A stretch of DNA of 64,000 nt from an uncultured Bacilli bacterium (lineage in GTDB: Bacteria; Bacillota_I; Bacilli_A; RF39; UBA660). Position numbers and translations under genes: made by a program. Below are positions 31,336 to 40,992 of the stretch, in pieces. How positions within the stretch are numbered: the first letter of the stretch is position 1; each line of letters begins with the position of its first letter. The stretch covers positions 23,708 to 87,707 of the forward strand of contig CALVRH010000001.1 of assembly GCA_944358535.1 (NCBI GenBank), written 5' to 3'. The notes below the pieces were generated by a model, which worked only from the letters and a program-made list of their open reading frames with translations, did not search any database and was not told the DNA's origin.

Positions 31336-31337
31336 GG

Positions 31338-32033
31338 CTATTTGTCAAAGCTTGTTACGTCTACTTTAATTCCTGGACCCATGGTTGCTGATAGGGAAAT
31401 GTTTTTAACATAAGTTCCTTTAACAACACTTGGTTTAGATTTAATAATTAAAGTAACAAAGGTATTTAAGTTATCTAATAAATCTTCATCACTAAATGAA
31501 ACTTTACCGATTAAAGCATGAATGTTTCCATAAGAATCTGTACGATATTCAATACGACCTTTTTTAACTTCTTCAACAGCTTTTTTAGTATCTACTGTAA
31601 CAGTACCAGTTTTAGGGTTTGGCATTAAACCTTTTGGACCTAAAATACGTCCAATTTTACCTAAAGCAGGCATCATATCTGGAGTAGCAATTAAGCTATC
31701 GAAATCAAACCAGTTTTCCTTTTGGATTTTTTCAATCATGTCAGTATCTCCAACGTAATCAGCGCCGGCTTCTTTAGCTGCTTTAGCAGCATCACCTTTA
31801 GCGATAACTAAAACTTTTTTGGTTTTACCAGTTCCATGTGGTAAAACTACGGCTCCTCTTAATTGTTGATCTGCTTTTTTAGTATCTAAGTTTAAGTGCA
31901 TAGCTACTTCAACTGATGCGTCGAAACTGGTATAAGAAGTTTCTTTAACTAGTTTAATAGCTTCTTCTTTAGTGTAAAGTTTATGCTTGTCAAGCTTTCC
32001 AGCTTCAGCTAAATACTTTTTACCTTTTTTCAT
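31338..32033 (-). CDS. rplA: 50S ribosomal protein L1
   Basis: Start trimmed to ATG at 32033 ([13 protein letters not shown]...) with AGGAGGT RBS and 7-nt spacer. ORF track start at 32075 is an alternative-codon extension. Confidence 0.92.
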   Translation of the reverse strand: MKKGKKYLAEAGKLDKHKLYTKEEAIKLVKETSYTSFDASVEVAMHLNLDTKKADQQLRGAVVLPHGTGKTKKVLVIAKGDAAKAAKEAGADYVGDTDMIEKIQKENWFDFDSLIATPDMMPALGKIGRILGPKGLMPNPKTGTVTVDTKKAVEEVKKGRIEYRTDSYGNIHALIGKVSFSDEDLLDNLNTFVTLIIKSKPSVVKGTYVKNISLSATMGPGIKVDVTSFDK

Positions 32034-32088
32034 ATTTCTTACCTCCTTGTGGTTTTTGCGGATTATTCCTCCCACATAGCATGGGGTT

Positions 32089-32523
32089 TTAGTCTTCGAT
32101 TTTAACGCCCATATTTAAAGCTGTTCCTTCGATGATTTTCATTGCGTCTTCGACAGTATAACAGTTTAAATCTGGAAGTTTTGTTTCAGCAATTTCTCTT
32201 AGTTTATCTTTAGATAGGGTTGCGACAGTTTCATTTTTACCATTGACTGAACCTTTTTTAATTCCGCAAGCTTTTTTGATCAAGAAAGCTGCTGGTGGAG
32301 TTTTAACTACAAAGCTAAAACTTCTGTCTTCATTAACAGTAATTTCGACTGGTAAAATGTCTCCCATCTTGTCTCTTGTTGCTTCATTAAATTGATTACA
32401 AAAATCTCCTAAATTGATTCCGGCAGGTCCTAAAGCTGTACCAACTGGTGGAGCTGGTGTTGCTTTTCCAGCAGGAATTTGGATTTTGATTTTCTTAATT
32501 TTGTTAGTTGCATCTTTTGCCAC
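32089..32523 (-). CDS. rplK: 50S ribosomal protein L11
   Basis: GTG start at 32523 ([28 protein letters not shown]...) with AGGAGGTG SD 9 nt upstream. Aligns with B. subtilis L11 from its Met-Ala-Lys N-terminus. Confidence 0.92.
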   Translation of the reverse strand: MAKDATNKIKKIKIQIPAGKATPAPPVGTALGPAGINLGDFCNQFNEATRDKMGDILPVEITVNEDRSFSFVVKTPPAAFLIKKACGIKKGSVNGKNETVATLSKDKLREIAETKLPDLNCYTVEDAMKIIEGTALNMGVKIED

Positions 32524-32746
32524 GAAAAACACCTCCTAATATTTTTTTCGTGGGTGGTTCCAATGATTATCCGCTTTTAATTTTCTCAATTGGTAATCTC
32601 CCACTTTTTCTATATCAAAAATAATATAGCGTATTAATAATAACACATTTTAAGATAATTGTAAATGTTTTGTTCTTTTATTATTTATGAATTATTTTTC
32701 TATTATATGAAATTAATAAATGGAAAAGTAATATTTATGTATTACT

Positions 32747-33271
32747 TTAGGCTTTTGATATTTGTGATAGTTCAAGTTCAACTGTTGTTTCTTGACCGAA
32801 TAAGTCGATTGAAACTTCTAATTTAGCTTCTTTTAAGTTAACATTTTTAATGATGCCATACATACCTTCGAATGGTCCAGAGATAACTTTAACTTTTTCT
32901 CCTTCTTTAAGATCGTTTTCAGCATCTAATCTACTCATGCCCATTGAACCTAAGATTTTATCAACTTCAGCTGGCGTTAATGGAAAAGGCTTTGCTCCTT
33001 TACCAGATGAACCGATAAATCCTGTAACACCCGGGGTGTTTCTGACTATAAACCAGGCTTCATCAGTCATGACCATTTCAACTAAAATATAACCTGGGAA
33101 AAGTTTTACTTTTTTTTCTTTTCCGTTAGCATCTACAACGGTTTCTTCCGGAACTACTACTCTTAAAATATAGTCTTCCATGCCCATAGAGCTAGCACGC
33201 ATTTCTAACTTTTCTTTCACCTTATTTTCATGACCAGAATATGTGTTTACTACATACCACTTTTTTTCCAT
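32747..33271 (-). CDS. nusG: Transcription termination/antitermination factor NusG
   Basis: 174 aa. NGN domain (WYVVNTYSGHENKV...) and C-terminal KOW (KVISGPFEGMYGIIKNVN). Confidence 0.92.
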   Translation of the reverse strand: MEKKWYVVNTYSGHENKVKEKLEMRASSMGMEDYILRVVVPEETVVDANGKEKKVKLFPGYILVEMVMTDEAWFIVRNTPGVTGFIGSSGKGAKPFPLTPAEVDKILGSMGMSRLDAENDLKEGEKVKVISGPFEGMYGIIKNVNLKEAKLEVSIDLFGQETTVELELSQISKA

Positions 33272-33274
33272 TAA

Positions 33275-33472
33275 TTACCCCTCCAATAATGTCCTTATAG
33301 CAGCTATAATAACGTCTGATAACATGAAAAATAGTGCAAATACAACGATGCATATTAGAACAGCTAGTGAATATTTGAACATTTCTTTTTTCTTTGGCCA
33401 TCTAACTTGTTTAAATTCACTACGAAGGCCACCTAAAAATTTCTTTTTTTCTTTCTTTTCTTTTTTTGCCAT
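33275..33472 (-). CDS. secE: Preprotein translocase subunit SecE
   Basis: 65 aa. Lys-rich N-terminus, ...FKQVRWPKKKEMFKYSLAVLICIVVFALFF... single TM. Immediately upstream of nusG. Confidence 0.85.
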   Translation of the reverse strand: MAKKEKKEKKKFLGGLRSEFKQVRWPKKKEMFKYSLAVLICIVVFALFFMLSDVIIAAIRTLLEG

Positions 33473-33582
33473 CTAACTCACCTACTTAAAAAATTGTAAA
33501 TAAAAAACACTTTTGTGTGTCTATAAATAAGTTATCACAATAAGTGTTTTATGTCAAGATTTTTTTCTCGTCTCAAGGAATT

Positions 33583-35457
33583 CTACCAAGATCCTCCTCC
33601 GCCACCTCCAGATCCGCCGCCGGCAAATCCGCCACCAGTAGATGAGGAATTTGAAGAGGCGTTCATAGCAGTATTAGCTGAAGTCATAGCTGAGTCCATA
33701 AATATTCCAAAGGCAACTATATTAAATGGTCCTGTTCCATCATACCAACTAGGAGCTTCTAAAGTGATTTTTTCAAATTTATTAATCCATTTATCAGAAA
33801 CACCTAGAACATAAGCATATGGCAAGATATCATAAAAATAATTAGGATTTTCTAAAACCATAGTTTCTAGTTTACTTTTTTCAGCTGTTTCTAAGTATGT
33901 TTTAAAACCTTTTATTTTACCTAATAATTCTAAGCCATATTGGGTTCTTTTTGGCAAATATTTTAAACTTATATTCATTCCAATTATAGAAATAACCCCT
34001 ATTAAATAGCCTATTAGATAAAATGTTTCTTGGGCTATTATGGGTAAAATCATAGTAAGCCACGGAATCCCTCCGAACATTAAGCCCCAAATGATTCCAA
34101 ATATTTTAGTAAATTTAGGAGTTTTACCAAAAACCATGGCACATGTAACGGTGAAACCAATACCTGGAAATATCAAAGCAAAAATAAGTGATTCGGCATC
34201 CCCATAAGTTAAAATTGGAATAGCGGTAATTATGATATAAGAAATAATCATCATGAGTATAATGAATCTTTTTTTATTTAAAGATGATTTTTCAAAAATT
34301 TTTTGTTTGTTTTCTTTACTATTTATATTTTTTAATATTTCCTTAACGGTTATATAAAAATTGTTATAGAGTTCTGATAAAGTTACTTCATTATCGGAAT
34401 TTTTAAACAATCCTTCTAGAAAAAGGCGTTCGTTTGCGTTATTACCACCATATTCTTTTAGTTTGGTTATTTTAAAACTTTTAGATTTAGCAAATAATGA
34501 TTTTTCTTCTATTTCAGTTATTTTAATATATCCTTTATCAGCTAAATATATCAAAAGTGATGTGACATCAGTACTTTTAGCTTTGCCTTTATAAAGAAAG
34601 CCTATTTCTAAACTATTAAAATCTTTTGGGGGATAAAATTCAACTGTTTCGATGATTTTTTTATCTCTTCCAAATAGATACCATAAAATTAATGAAATAA
34701 TTAATCCGGCAATAGGCACTATATAGATTAAATAATCTGTGAGATTAATTATATTTTGGGCTTTAGAAAAGTAGTCTTCGGGAAGTTCTGTTCTTATTGT
34801 TAAAGCTTCACCAACATTTAAAATGCCATTATAACTGCCTGATATTGTATTTTTATTAACTGTATAATTTATTTTATCGCTTGAGATCGAACCATTTTCC
34901 CCGTGTGAAAAGCCTAGTTTACTAGAATCAAATTCTTTAGGCATTTTAATATTAAAAGTGACATTACCGATGAGTGTATCCCATTCGTTACCTATAATAT
35001 TATAGTATAATTCATCATAATTTTTTATTGGATCTTTACCTATGTTATATGTATATTTAATGACATAGGTTTGTTTTCCGGTTATTGTCTTATTAGTGTC
35101 TCCTATTTGAATATTGTAATTACCATTTGCTTTTGATAGTTTATATTTGTTATTAACGCTCAAATTTGAAATCTGAGTTCGATTTTTCGATGTAGTACCA
35201 TCTAATCTTGTTATTTTATTTCTGATAGGTATTTTTCTATAAATTCCATGTTTAGGTGTGTTAAAATATGCAGTAATGGTTTCGGTAATATCAAAGGTAT
35301 TATTTTCATTTACAGACATATTTATATCATAAGCGTCAATGACATATTCATACTTATTATAATAGGTTTCACTTGGGATACTTAAAGCTCTAACTTTAGG
35401 TATAATGGTGATTAAAAAAAATATAATTGATAAAGTTAAAAAAGATTTTTTATTCAT
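33583..35457 (-). CDS. DUF2207-domain membrane protein with Gly-rich C-terminal tail
   Basis: 624 aa. Signal/TM, ~230-aa extracytoplasmic N-domain, TM, cytoplasmic region, multi-TM C-terminal half, ending ...SSTGGGFAGGGSGGGGGGSW. Architecture typical of DUF2207 proteins that partner LemA. Confidence 0.7.
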   Translation of the reverse strand: MNKKSFLTLSIIFFLITIIPKVRALSIPSETYYNKYEYVIDAYDINMSVNENNTFDITETITAYFNTPKHGIYRKIPIRNKITRLDGTTSKNRTQISNLSVNNKYKLSKANGNYNIQIGDTNKTITGKQTYVIKYTYNIGKDPIKNYDELYYNIIGNEWDTLIGNVTFNIKMPKEFDSSKLGFSHGENGSISSDKINYTVNKNTISGSYNGILNVGEALTIRTELPEDYFSKAQNIINLTDYLIYIVPIAGLIISLILWYLFGRDKKIIETVEFYPPKDFNSLEIGFLYKGKAKSTDVTSLLIYLADKGYIKITEIEEKSLFAKSKSFKITKLKEYGGNNANERLFLEGLFKNSDNEVTLSELYNNFYITVKEILKNINSKENKQKIFEKSSLNKKRFIILMMIISYIIITAIPILTYGDAESLIFALIFPGIGFTVTCAMVFGKTPKFTKIFGIIWGLMFGGIPWLTMILPIIAQETFYLIGYLIGVISIIGMNISLKYLPKRTQYGLELLGKIKGFKTYLETAEKSKLETMVLENPNYFYDILPYAYVLGVSDKWINKFEKITLEAPSWYDGTGPFNIVAFGIFMDSAMTSANTAMNASSNSSSTGGGFAGGGSGGGGGGSW

Positions 35458-35468
35458 ATAGCCTCTAT

Positions 35469-36017
35469 TTAAAACGATACTTTAACATTTTCTCGTTCAT
35501 TGTTTTCGGTTTCAAACATTGATTTTGATTTATATCCAAATATTTTTGCAAAAATATTGCTTGGAAACATTTCAACTTTATTATTAAACATTTCGACAGT
35601 TCCATTATAATATTTTCTCGAATTTGCGATGTCTTCTTCTACTTTTGATAATTCCCTACTTAAATCTTGAAAGTTACTGCTTGCTTTTAAATCTGGATAA
35701 TTTTCAGCGATAAGCATAATTTTATTAATGTCTTTTGAAATAGCTTGATTAGCTTTAACTTTTTCATCTAAAGACATGCTATCATAACTACTTCCTCTTA
35801 GTTCAACAATTTCTTTTAGAGTGTTTTCTTCATGTTTAACATATCCTTTAACTGTTTCAACAATATTTGGTATTAGATCCCATCTTTTCTTTAGATAAAC
35901 ATCCATAGTTGAAAATGCCTCTTGAACCATATTTTTAAGCTTTATAAAATTATTATAAGTTACAAGTGCATATATAATAATTATTAATAAAATTCCTACT
36001 ACAATATAAATCCACAT
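35469..36017 (-). CDS. lemA: LemA family protein
   Basis: 182 aa. N-terminal TM then ...YNNFIKLKNMVQEAFSTMDVYLKKRWDLIPNIVETVKGY...NYPDLKAS.NF..L..EL...E..I...R..YN..V..FN. Confidence 0.85.
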   Translation of the reverse strand: MWIYIVVGILLIIIIYALVTYNNFIKLKNMVQEAFSTMDVYLKKRWDLIPNIVETVKGYVKHEENTLKEIVELRGSSYDSMSLDEKVKANQAISKDINKIMLIAENYPDLKASSNFQDLSRELSKVEEDIANSRKYYNGTVEMFNNKVEMFPSNIFAKIFGYKSKSMFETENNERENVKVSF

Positions 36018-36138
36018 AATTTTTCCTCCTCCTTATTTTTTAAATTAATTTTTTTCTTTTTTTAGCACCTCCTATATTCTAAATTAATTATAGCATATTT
36101 TTTTCATTTAGATTTTGAAAGTGAGGTTTCTTTGATAT

Positions 36139-36807
36139 TTATTTAAATTTCTTTTTGATTTTTAAAACTTTATTTTGCAAAGCTATATTTTCGCTGTTTA
36201 ATATAAGCGGTAGAACTTGCCCTTCTAGAATATCAAATATGCTTAGTTGAGCAGAATTTTCTTCATATAATTTTACATTTTTTAAAGAGTAAAATAAAGA
36301 ATTGACGGACAAAAGTAAGTTATATTCTTTATCATAATACCATTTAATTGGAATTACTGGGCGAAATTTATCGTTAAAAAGAACATATCTTTTATTATCT
36401 GATTCAAATTCTAGTCCCATTTTCGTTTCACCAATTGGGTAACTTCTGCCTGTAAAAGATAAATTTATGGGGTTATTTAATTGGGTAGTATTAGAACTAT
36501 ACCAGCTTCCAAATTCGATTATGAGAATTCCTTGTTCATTTACATAGTAATTACTATTTTGAATTATATTGGACATATTTTTTGCTTTTATTAATGGCCT
36601 TACTCCACTATTACTATCTACATTTTTAGCCATTATATTTCCAAATATATTAACATTAAGTACTGAACTTTTGTTATCAGAAGTCCAATAATCTGTTAAA
36701 TCATTATTTAAATCTTTGCATTTAATACCTATTTTTTTAATTAATTTAGAGTTTTTTAAATATTCGGTTGATGGTAAAGATATTTTAAAATCTTCTTTGT
36801 TATACAT
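36139..36807 (-). CDS. Hypothetical protein, 'ITLPS-EYL / DYWTS / GVRP' paralog family (member B1)
   Basis: 222 aa. Shares with B2 and B3 the N-terminal E[IV][ST]LPS.EYL..S.LI.KIG, DYWTSD, GVRPLIKA and WYYDKEYNLLLSVNSLF motifs. Confidence 0.45.
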   Translation of the reverse strand: MYNKEDFKISLPSTEYLKNSKLIKKIGIKCKDLNNDLTDYWTSDNKSSVLNVNIFGNIMAKNVDSNSGVRPLIKAKNMSNIIQNSNYYVNEQGILIIEFGSWYSSNTTQLNNPINLSFTGRSYPIGETKMGLEFESDNKRYVLFNDKFRPVIPIKWYYDKEYNLLLSVNSLFYSLKNVKLYEENSAQLSIFDILEGQVLPLILNSENIALQNKVLKIKKKFK

Positions 36808-36827
36808 AAGTACTTCCTTTCAAATTA

Positions 36828-37616
36828 TTATTTTAAAATTTTTATTTTTTGATTAGATATTTCTTGGATTTCATTTAATCTTTTAATATTTTCTTTGAGT
36901 TTTTCATTTTCTTCTAGTAATTCATTTATTTTAGCAATTAAATCATTTGTTGGATATGAATTTTCTTGGTTAATATTTTCTAATAGGCATGAGAGAAATT
37001 CATTATTTAAGCTTTTATATAAACTAGTAGTTTTAAAATCTCCTAAAAATGGATTTTTCTCATCAGATAAAGTTGAATTAAATAAAGTGTGTTCTGATAA
37101 TAATAGGTTATTTTCTTCATCATAATACCAGTTAATGGGCACTACTTTATGAATTTCAGTATTTGTTATAGCAAATACTCCGTTAATAGTGTTTATTTCA
37201 AAACCGATTTCCTTTTGATTTGCTTTAAAGCATTTGTTTTTAAATAAAAATGAAGGTTCTAAATTAGCAATTTTTACAGAATTTGGAGTATACCATTTGC
37301 CAAGTTCTATCATAATAAAACCCTTTTTATATGTTTTAAAAGGACTGGATTTAACAATATCTTCTAGATTAGCAGCTTGGATGATTGGTCTTACACTGTA
37401 TGTTTCACCGGCTTTTGTATGACAAAATTGCCCGTCAGATGACATTCTAAATTGATATGAGCAATCATTATTAATATATGAATAAGAACTAGTCCAATAA
37501 TCCGTTTCTTTATTATCTAAGTTTTTTCCTATATATCCAATTTTTCTTATGAGGGATGATTTTTCTAAATATTCTTTTGATGGTAATGTTATTTCGATAT
37601 CTTCTTTATTTATCAT
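36828..37616 (-). CDS. Hypothetical protein, same paralog family (member B2) with C-terminal coiled coil
   Basis: 262 aa: ...ITLPSKEYLEKSSLIRKIGY..., DYWTSS, SVRPIIQA, NWYYDEENNLLLSEHTLF, ending in heptad-rich LLEENEKLKENIKRLNEIQEISNQKIKILK. Confidence 0.45.
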   Translation of the reverse strand: MINKEDIEITLPSKEYLEKSSLIRKIGYIGKNLDNKETDYWTSSYSYINNDCSYQFRMSSDGQFCHTKAGETYSVRPIIQAANLEDIVKSSPFKTYKKGFIMIELGKWYTPNSVKIANLEPSFLFKNKCFKANQKEIGFEINTINGVFAITNTEIHKVVPINWYYDEENNLLLSEHTLFNSTLSDEKNPFLGDFKTTSLYKSLNNEFLSCLLENINQENSYPTNDLIAKINELLEENEKLKENIKRLNEIQEISNQKIKILK

Positions 37617-37631
37617 ATTTTCACTTCTTTC

Positions 37632-38162
37632 TTAGTTTATCAACAAATCAGTAATTATATTGGCGGCATCACTACTAAAATCTTTTATTTTATAAAGCGT
37701 GTCTTTGAAAAAATGATTTTTTGTGTTTTTGTTATTTATTTTCATGATAAAGTTATCGTTATCTTTAGTTATTTTGATATCATTTGTATATCTTTGATAT
37801 TTTTGTTTTAGATTTTCTAAATCGTTTTTATTTCCATATATATATAAGGTATCTTTATTTAAGTAAATACTATTTGGAATGAATGATCTATAAAATTGTT
37901 TTATTGTGTCATAGTTAACAATTATATTATCTAGGGATTTTTTTTTGAAATATTTTTTTATTTTTTTTATGTTTATTTTTTTGTTTTTACCACGTTTGGT
38001 GATGCTGAATTTTTTCCCCGTTAAGCTTATATTATTTAACAAATAGCAGGTATTAATATTATTATTTTGTTCAATTGCATCGAGAAATGTATTATCATTT
38101 AGACCAATACCTAGTAGCGATCCTTTTAAATTATTAATTATTTCTAATATTTGTTTATTCAT
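37632..38162 (-). CDS. Hypothetical protein (8-nt overlap, likely translationally coupled, with upstream ThiF-family gene)
   Basis: 176 aa, N/K-rich, no recognisable motif. Start codon overlaps the stop region of the 38155..38832 gene. Confidence 0.35.
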   Translation of the reverse strand: MNKQILEIINNLKGSLLGIGLNDNTFLDAIEQNNNINTCYLLNNISLTGKKFSITKRGKNKKINIKKIKKYFKKKSLDNIIVNYDTIKQFYRSFIPNSIYLNKDTLYIYGNKNDLENLKQKYQRYTNDIKITKDNDNFIMKINNKNTKNHFFKDTLYKIKDFSSDAANIITDLLIN

Positions 38163-38832
38163 GTTTTTCCTCCAGTAGTTTATTTATAACATAACTTGCC
38201 GCTATTAAACCAGCAGTTGCTGGAACAAATGCATTTGAACCAATTTTACCTTTGACTAATGGTTTTTCTTTGGAAAATATAACAGGAATATTTCCTTTAA
38301 TTTTTTCATCTTTAACCATTTTCCTAATTATTTTAGCAATGGGGTCATATTCGGTTTTTCTAATATCGTCTATTTTTAATAATTCGGGATGCATTTTATT
38401 ACCTGTTCCCATTACTGAGACAAAAGGTATTTTCTCGTTTAAACATTTTTTGATAATTAATTTTTTAGTATCAATGGTATCAATTGCATCAATAACAAAG
38501 TCTATTTTTATATTGAAAAGACTATCAATATTTTCTTTATTCAAAAATAGTTTTATATCTTTAATTTTACAATTGGGATTTATATTTTGAGCCATTTTTT
38601 TAGCAACTTCGACTTTTGATTTACCAATAGTTTCTTTATATGCAAGGGCTTGCCTATTTAAATTTGTTATTTCTATTATATCACAATCTATAACGATAAT
38701 ATTTTCAATACCACTTCTAACTAAAGCTTCAAAGGCGTGTCCACCTACTCCACCTAAACCAATTACCATTATGGTTTTATTTTTTAAAGTGTCTATTTTG
38801 TTTCCTATTAAAATTTTTAAACGGTCGAACAT
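38155..38832 (-). CDS. ThiF/MoeB-family E1-like enzyme, TcdA (tRNA threonylcarbamoyladenosine dehydratase)-like
   Basis: 225 aa. Rossmann GLGGVGG nucleotide-binding motif, ...NLNRQ... and overall size/shape of TcdA/YrvM-type stand-alone E1-fold proteins. No C-terminal rhodanese or Cys-rich extension. Confidence 0.55.
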   Translation of the reverse strand: MFDRLKILIGNKIDTLKNKTIMVIGLGGVGGHAFEALVRSGIENIIVIDCDIIEITNLNRQALAYKETIGKSKVEVAKKMAQNINPNCKIKDIKLFLNKENIDSLFNIKIDFVIDAIDTIDTKKLIIKKCLNEKIPFVSVMGTGNKMHPELLKIDDIRKTEYDPIAKIIRKMVKDEKIKGNIPVIFSKEKPLVKGKIGSNAFVPATAGLIAASYVINKLLEEKHE

Positions 38833-38881
38833 TTTACCACCTATTTATGATTATACTATATTTTTTCAGAAGAAAAAAGCT

Positions 38882-39898
38882 TTAAGATTGGATTTTGTAA
38901 CCATTTCTTAAAACTTTTGTTTTGGCTTTTTTATCTATTTCACTAAAATGTGCCGATTGAAAATGAGTTAATGTATCGATAGCGCTTTCATCAATAGTAA
39001 TGCAGGCTATACGTCCTGAGTTTTGATATGAAAGTTTCCATTTGTTTTCTGGTAATATTTCATTTAAAGCTTCTGCATAGTTTATTTTTATTTTTTTAGG
39101 GTCTAAATATTCATTGGTACAGAAATTATAAATATGACCATTAATACTTGCAATAAAATTAGCGGTAATAGCATCTTTTTTTATTTCTGTGTTCCAATAT
39201 GCGTCTAAGTCTTTCTTAGCCAATTTTTTGAAATTGTTTATGAATTCTACTTTTGTTATGCTATCTGGTAATTTTAATTCTTCACTATCAATCATGCTTT
39301 CTAGTATTTTAGCTGATGTGTTTATTCCTTCATAAGTAATATCAATTAAGTTTTGGCTTTTTTGATAGCCATTTGAAACTTGGATATTGATATTTTCTAA
39401 AATTGCTAAGAAAATATTAGTACCGTTTATGTCTTTTAAGTTTTTTTGATTTAAGTAATTTATTTTTTTAAATTTATGGGTTATATAACCATTTTTTAAA
39501 ATCTGTTCTTCTGCATTTTCTTCAATTTTTCCTTTATAAAATTCTTCGAAGTTTTCAACTAAATAAGATTTATAATCATCAATATCAACGGTTATTATAT
39601 CATGGCTTACAATATAAACTAGTCTCCAAATTGAATTTGGCATAATGTCAGAAAAGGCTCTAGCAAATAAAATTTCAGAATTATCATTTATAAATTTATG
39701 GGTATTAAAGTTATATATGCGCCCATCAATAGCACTAAGACAGCTAAGAGTAGTTTGATTATTTTCTTTTAAAAATGCTAAAAATAAATTATCGCCATTT
39801 AAATTTTCTAAATCTTTTGCATTTAAACGATCAATGTTATCATATAAGTAGTCAGCGTCACCAATATTAAAATATTCATTTTTCATAATAAATTTCAT
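38882..39898 (-). CDS. Hypothetical protein with internal duplication
   Basis: ORF to 39937. Likely start MKFIMKNEYF... Two related halves (...DLENLNGDNLFLAFLKENN...IDGRIYNFNTHKFI... and ...NLKDINGTNIFLAILENIN...INGHIYNFCTNEYL...). No known domain recognised. Confidence 0.35.
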   Translation of the reverse strand: MKFIMKNEYFNIGDADYLYDNIDRLNAKDLENLNGDNLFLAFLKENNQTTLSCLSAIDGRIYNFNTHKFINDNSEILFARAFSDIMPNSIWRLVYIVSHDIITVDIDDYKSYLVENFEEFYKGKIEENAEEQILKNGYITHKFKKINYLNQKNLKDINGTNIFLAILENINIQVSNGYQKSQNLIDITYEGINTSAKILESMIDSEELKLPDSITKVEFINNFKKLAKKDLDAYWNTEIKKDAITANFIASINGHIYNFCTNEYLDPKKIKINYAEALNEILPENKWKLSYQNSGRIACITIDESAIDTLTHFQSAHFSEIDKKAKTKVLRNGYKIQS

Positions 39899-40018
39899 TC
39901 CTTTTACTTTGTTCAAGGCACACATAGTCATGAACAATATAATTATTTTTCATACTATTTTCCTTTACAAGTTAATGATAACATGTTTATAGAAAAAAAT
40001 CTAGAATAATTTCTAGAT

Positions 40019-40927
40019 TTACAAATGTAATGTTTTTTGATGACCGTGATTTTGTATATCTAGAACAATTTTATCTATCTCATCATTTAATTTTTTATTT
40101 TGTAATCTTAATGCTTCATTTTCTTTAGTCAGTTCTTTTAATTTTTCAAGTAATTCTTTTTTTCTTTGGATATCAGGTTTTAAACTCTCATTTTCTGATA
40201 TTATTGTTTGCATATAATTTTCATCCTCTGAAATGTTTATTTTTGAAATTTCTTTATCAGTGATATCTACATTAATGAGAAGATCTTTTATAAATTCCTT
40301 ATTCAAAAAACGATATAACTGAGAATTTTTGAAATCATTATCATAATCGTTATTATATTCAGAATCTTTGACGTTTATTGGTGATTCAAATAAGACGCCT
40401 ACAGATATTAACATATTATTTTCCCTATCAACATAAAACTTAGCTGGTTTTAATGGATAATAACAACCTCGCAATTTAATAATCTCTTGATTGTTATAAA
40501 TATATGTTTGACAGTTATACCACTGAAATATATTTGACTTATCAATCATAGATATAGCAGGAATATGATATCTATAGTACTGGGGTTTAAAAGTGTGAGA
40601 ATAATCAACATTTAATTTTTTGCTTAAATCAGGATATGTTCCAAGTTCTATAATTTGAATGCCATTTTTAAATTTTCTTGGACAATTTTTAATTAATTCG
40701 TATAGACTATCTGTTTTTAAAACAGGGCGTACACCACAGTTATAATGTATTTGATGATAGTGTATATACCCAAAAATATCAACCACTCCGGCAAAATCTT
40801 TTAAAATTGTATCACTTGTCCAATAAATTTTTTTACATCCTGGTCCGATTTTTTGTAAGACTTTAGATTTTTCTTCTATTTCTTCTCTTGATAATAAAGT
40901 TACTTCTATATTAGGTTTTTCACTCAT
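40019..40927 (-). CDS. Hypothetical protein, same paralog family (member B3) with C-terminal coiled coil
   Basis: 302 aa: ...IEVTLLSREEIEEKSKVLQKIGP..., KIYWTSD, GVRPVLKTD, C-terminal ...KKELLEKLKELTKENEALRLQNKKLNDEIDKIV. Confidence 0.45.
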   Translation of the reverse strand: MSEKPNIEVTLLSREEIEEKSKVLQKIGPGCKKIYWTSDTILKDFAGVVDIFGYIHYHQIHYNCGVRPVLKTDSLYELIKNCPRKFKNGIQIIELGTYPDLSKKLNVDYSHTFKPQYYRYHIPAISMIDKSNIFQWYNCQTYIYNNQEIIKLRGCYYPLKPAKFYVDRENNMLISVGVLFESPINVKDSEYNNDYDNDFKNSQLYRFLNKEFIKDLLINVDITDKEISKINISEDENYMQTIISENESLKPDIQRKKELLEKLKELTKENEALRLQNKKLNDEIDKIVLDIQNHGHQKTLHL

Positions 40928-40992
40928 GAGTTTTCCTCCTCAAACGATATAAATATTATAACATTAATTAGATTTGTAAACAATTTAAAAGC

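Noticed and set aside
33551-33814. 87-aa plus-strand ORF with poly-proline (DPPPPPPDPPPANPPP)
   Set aside because: Antisense image of the glycine-rich C-terminal tail (GGGGGGS) of the minus-strand DUF2207 gene. Artefact of codon complementarity.
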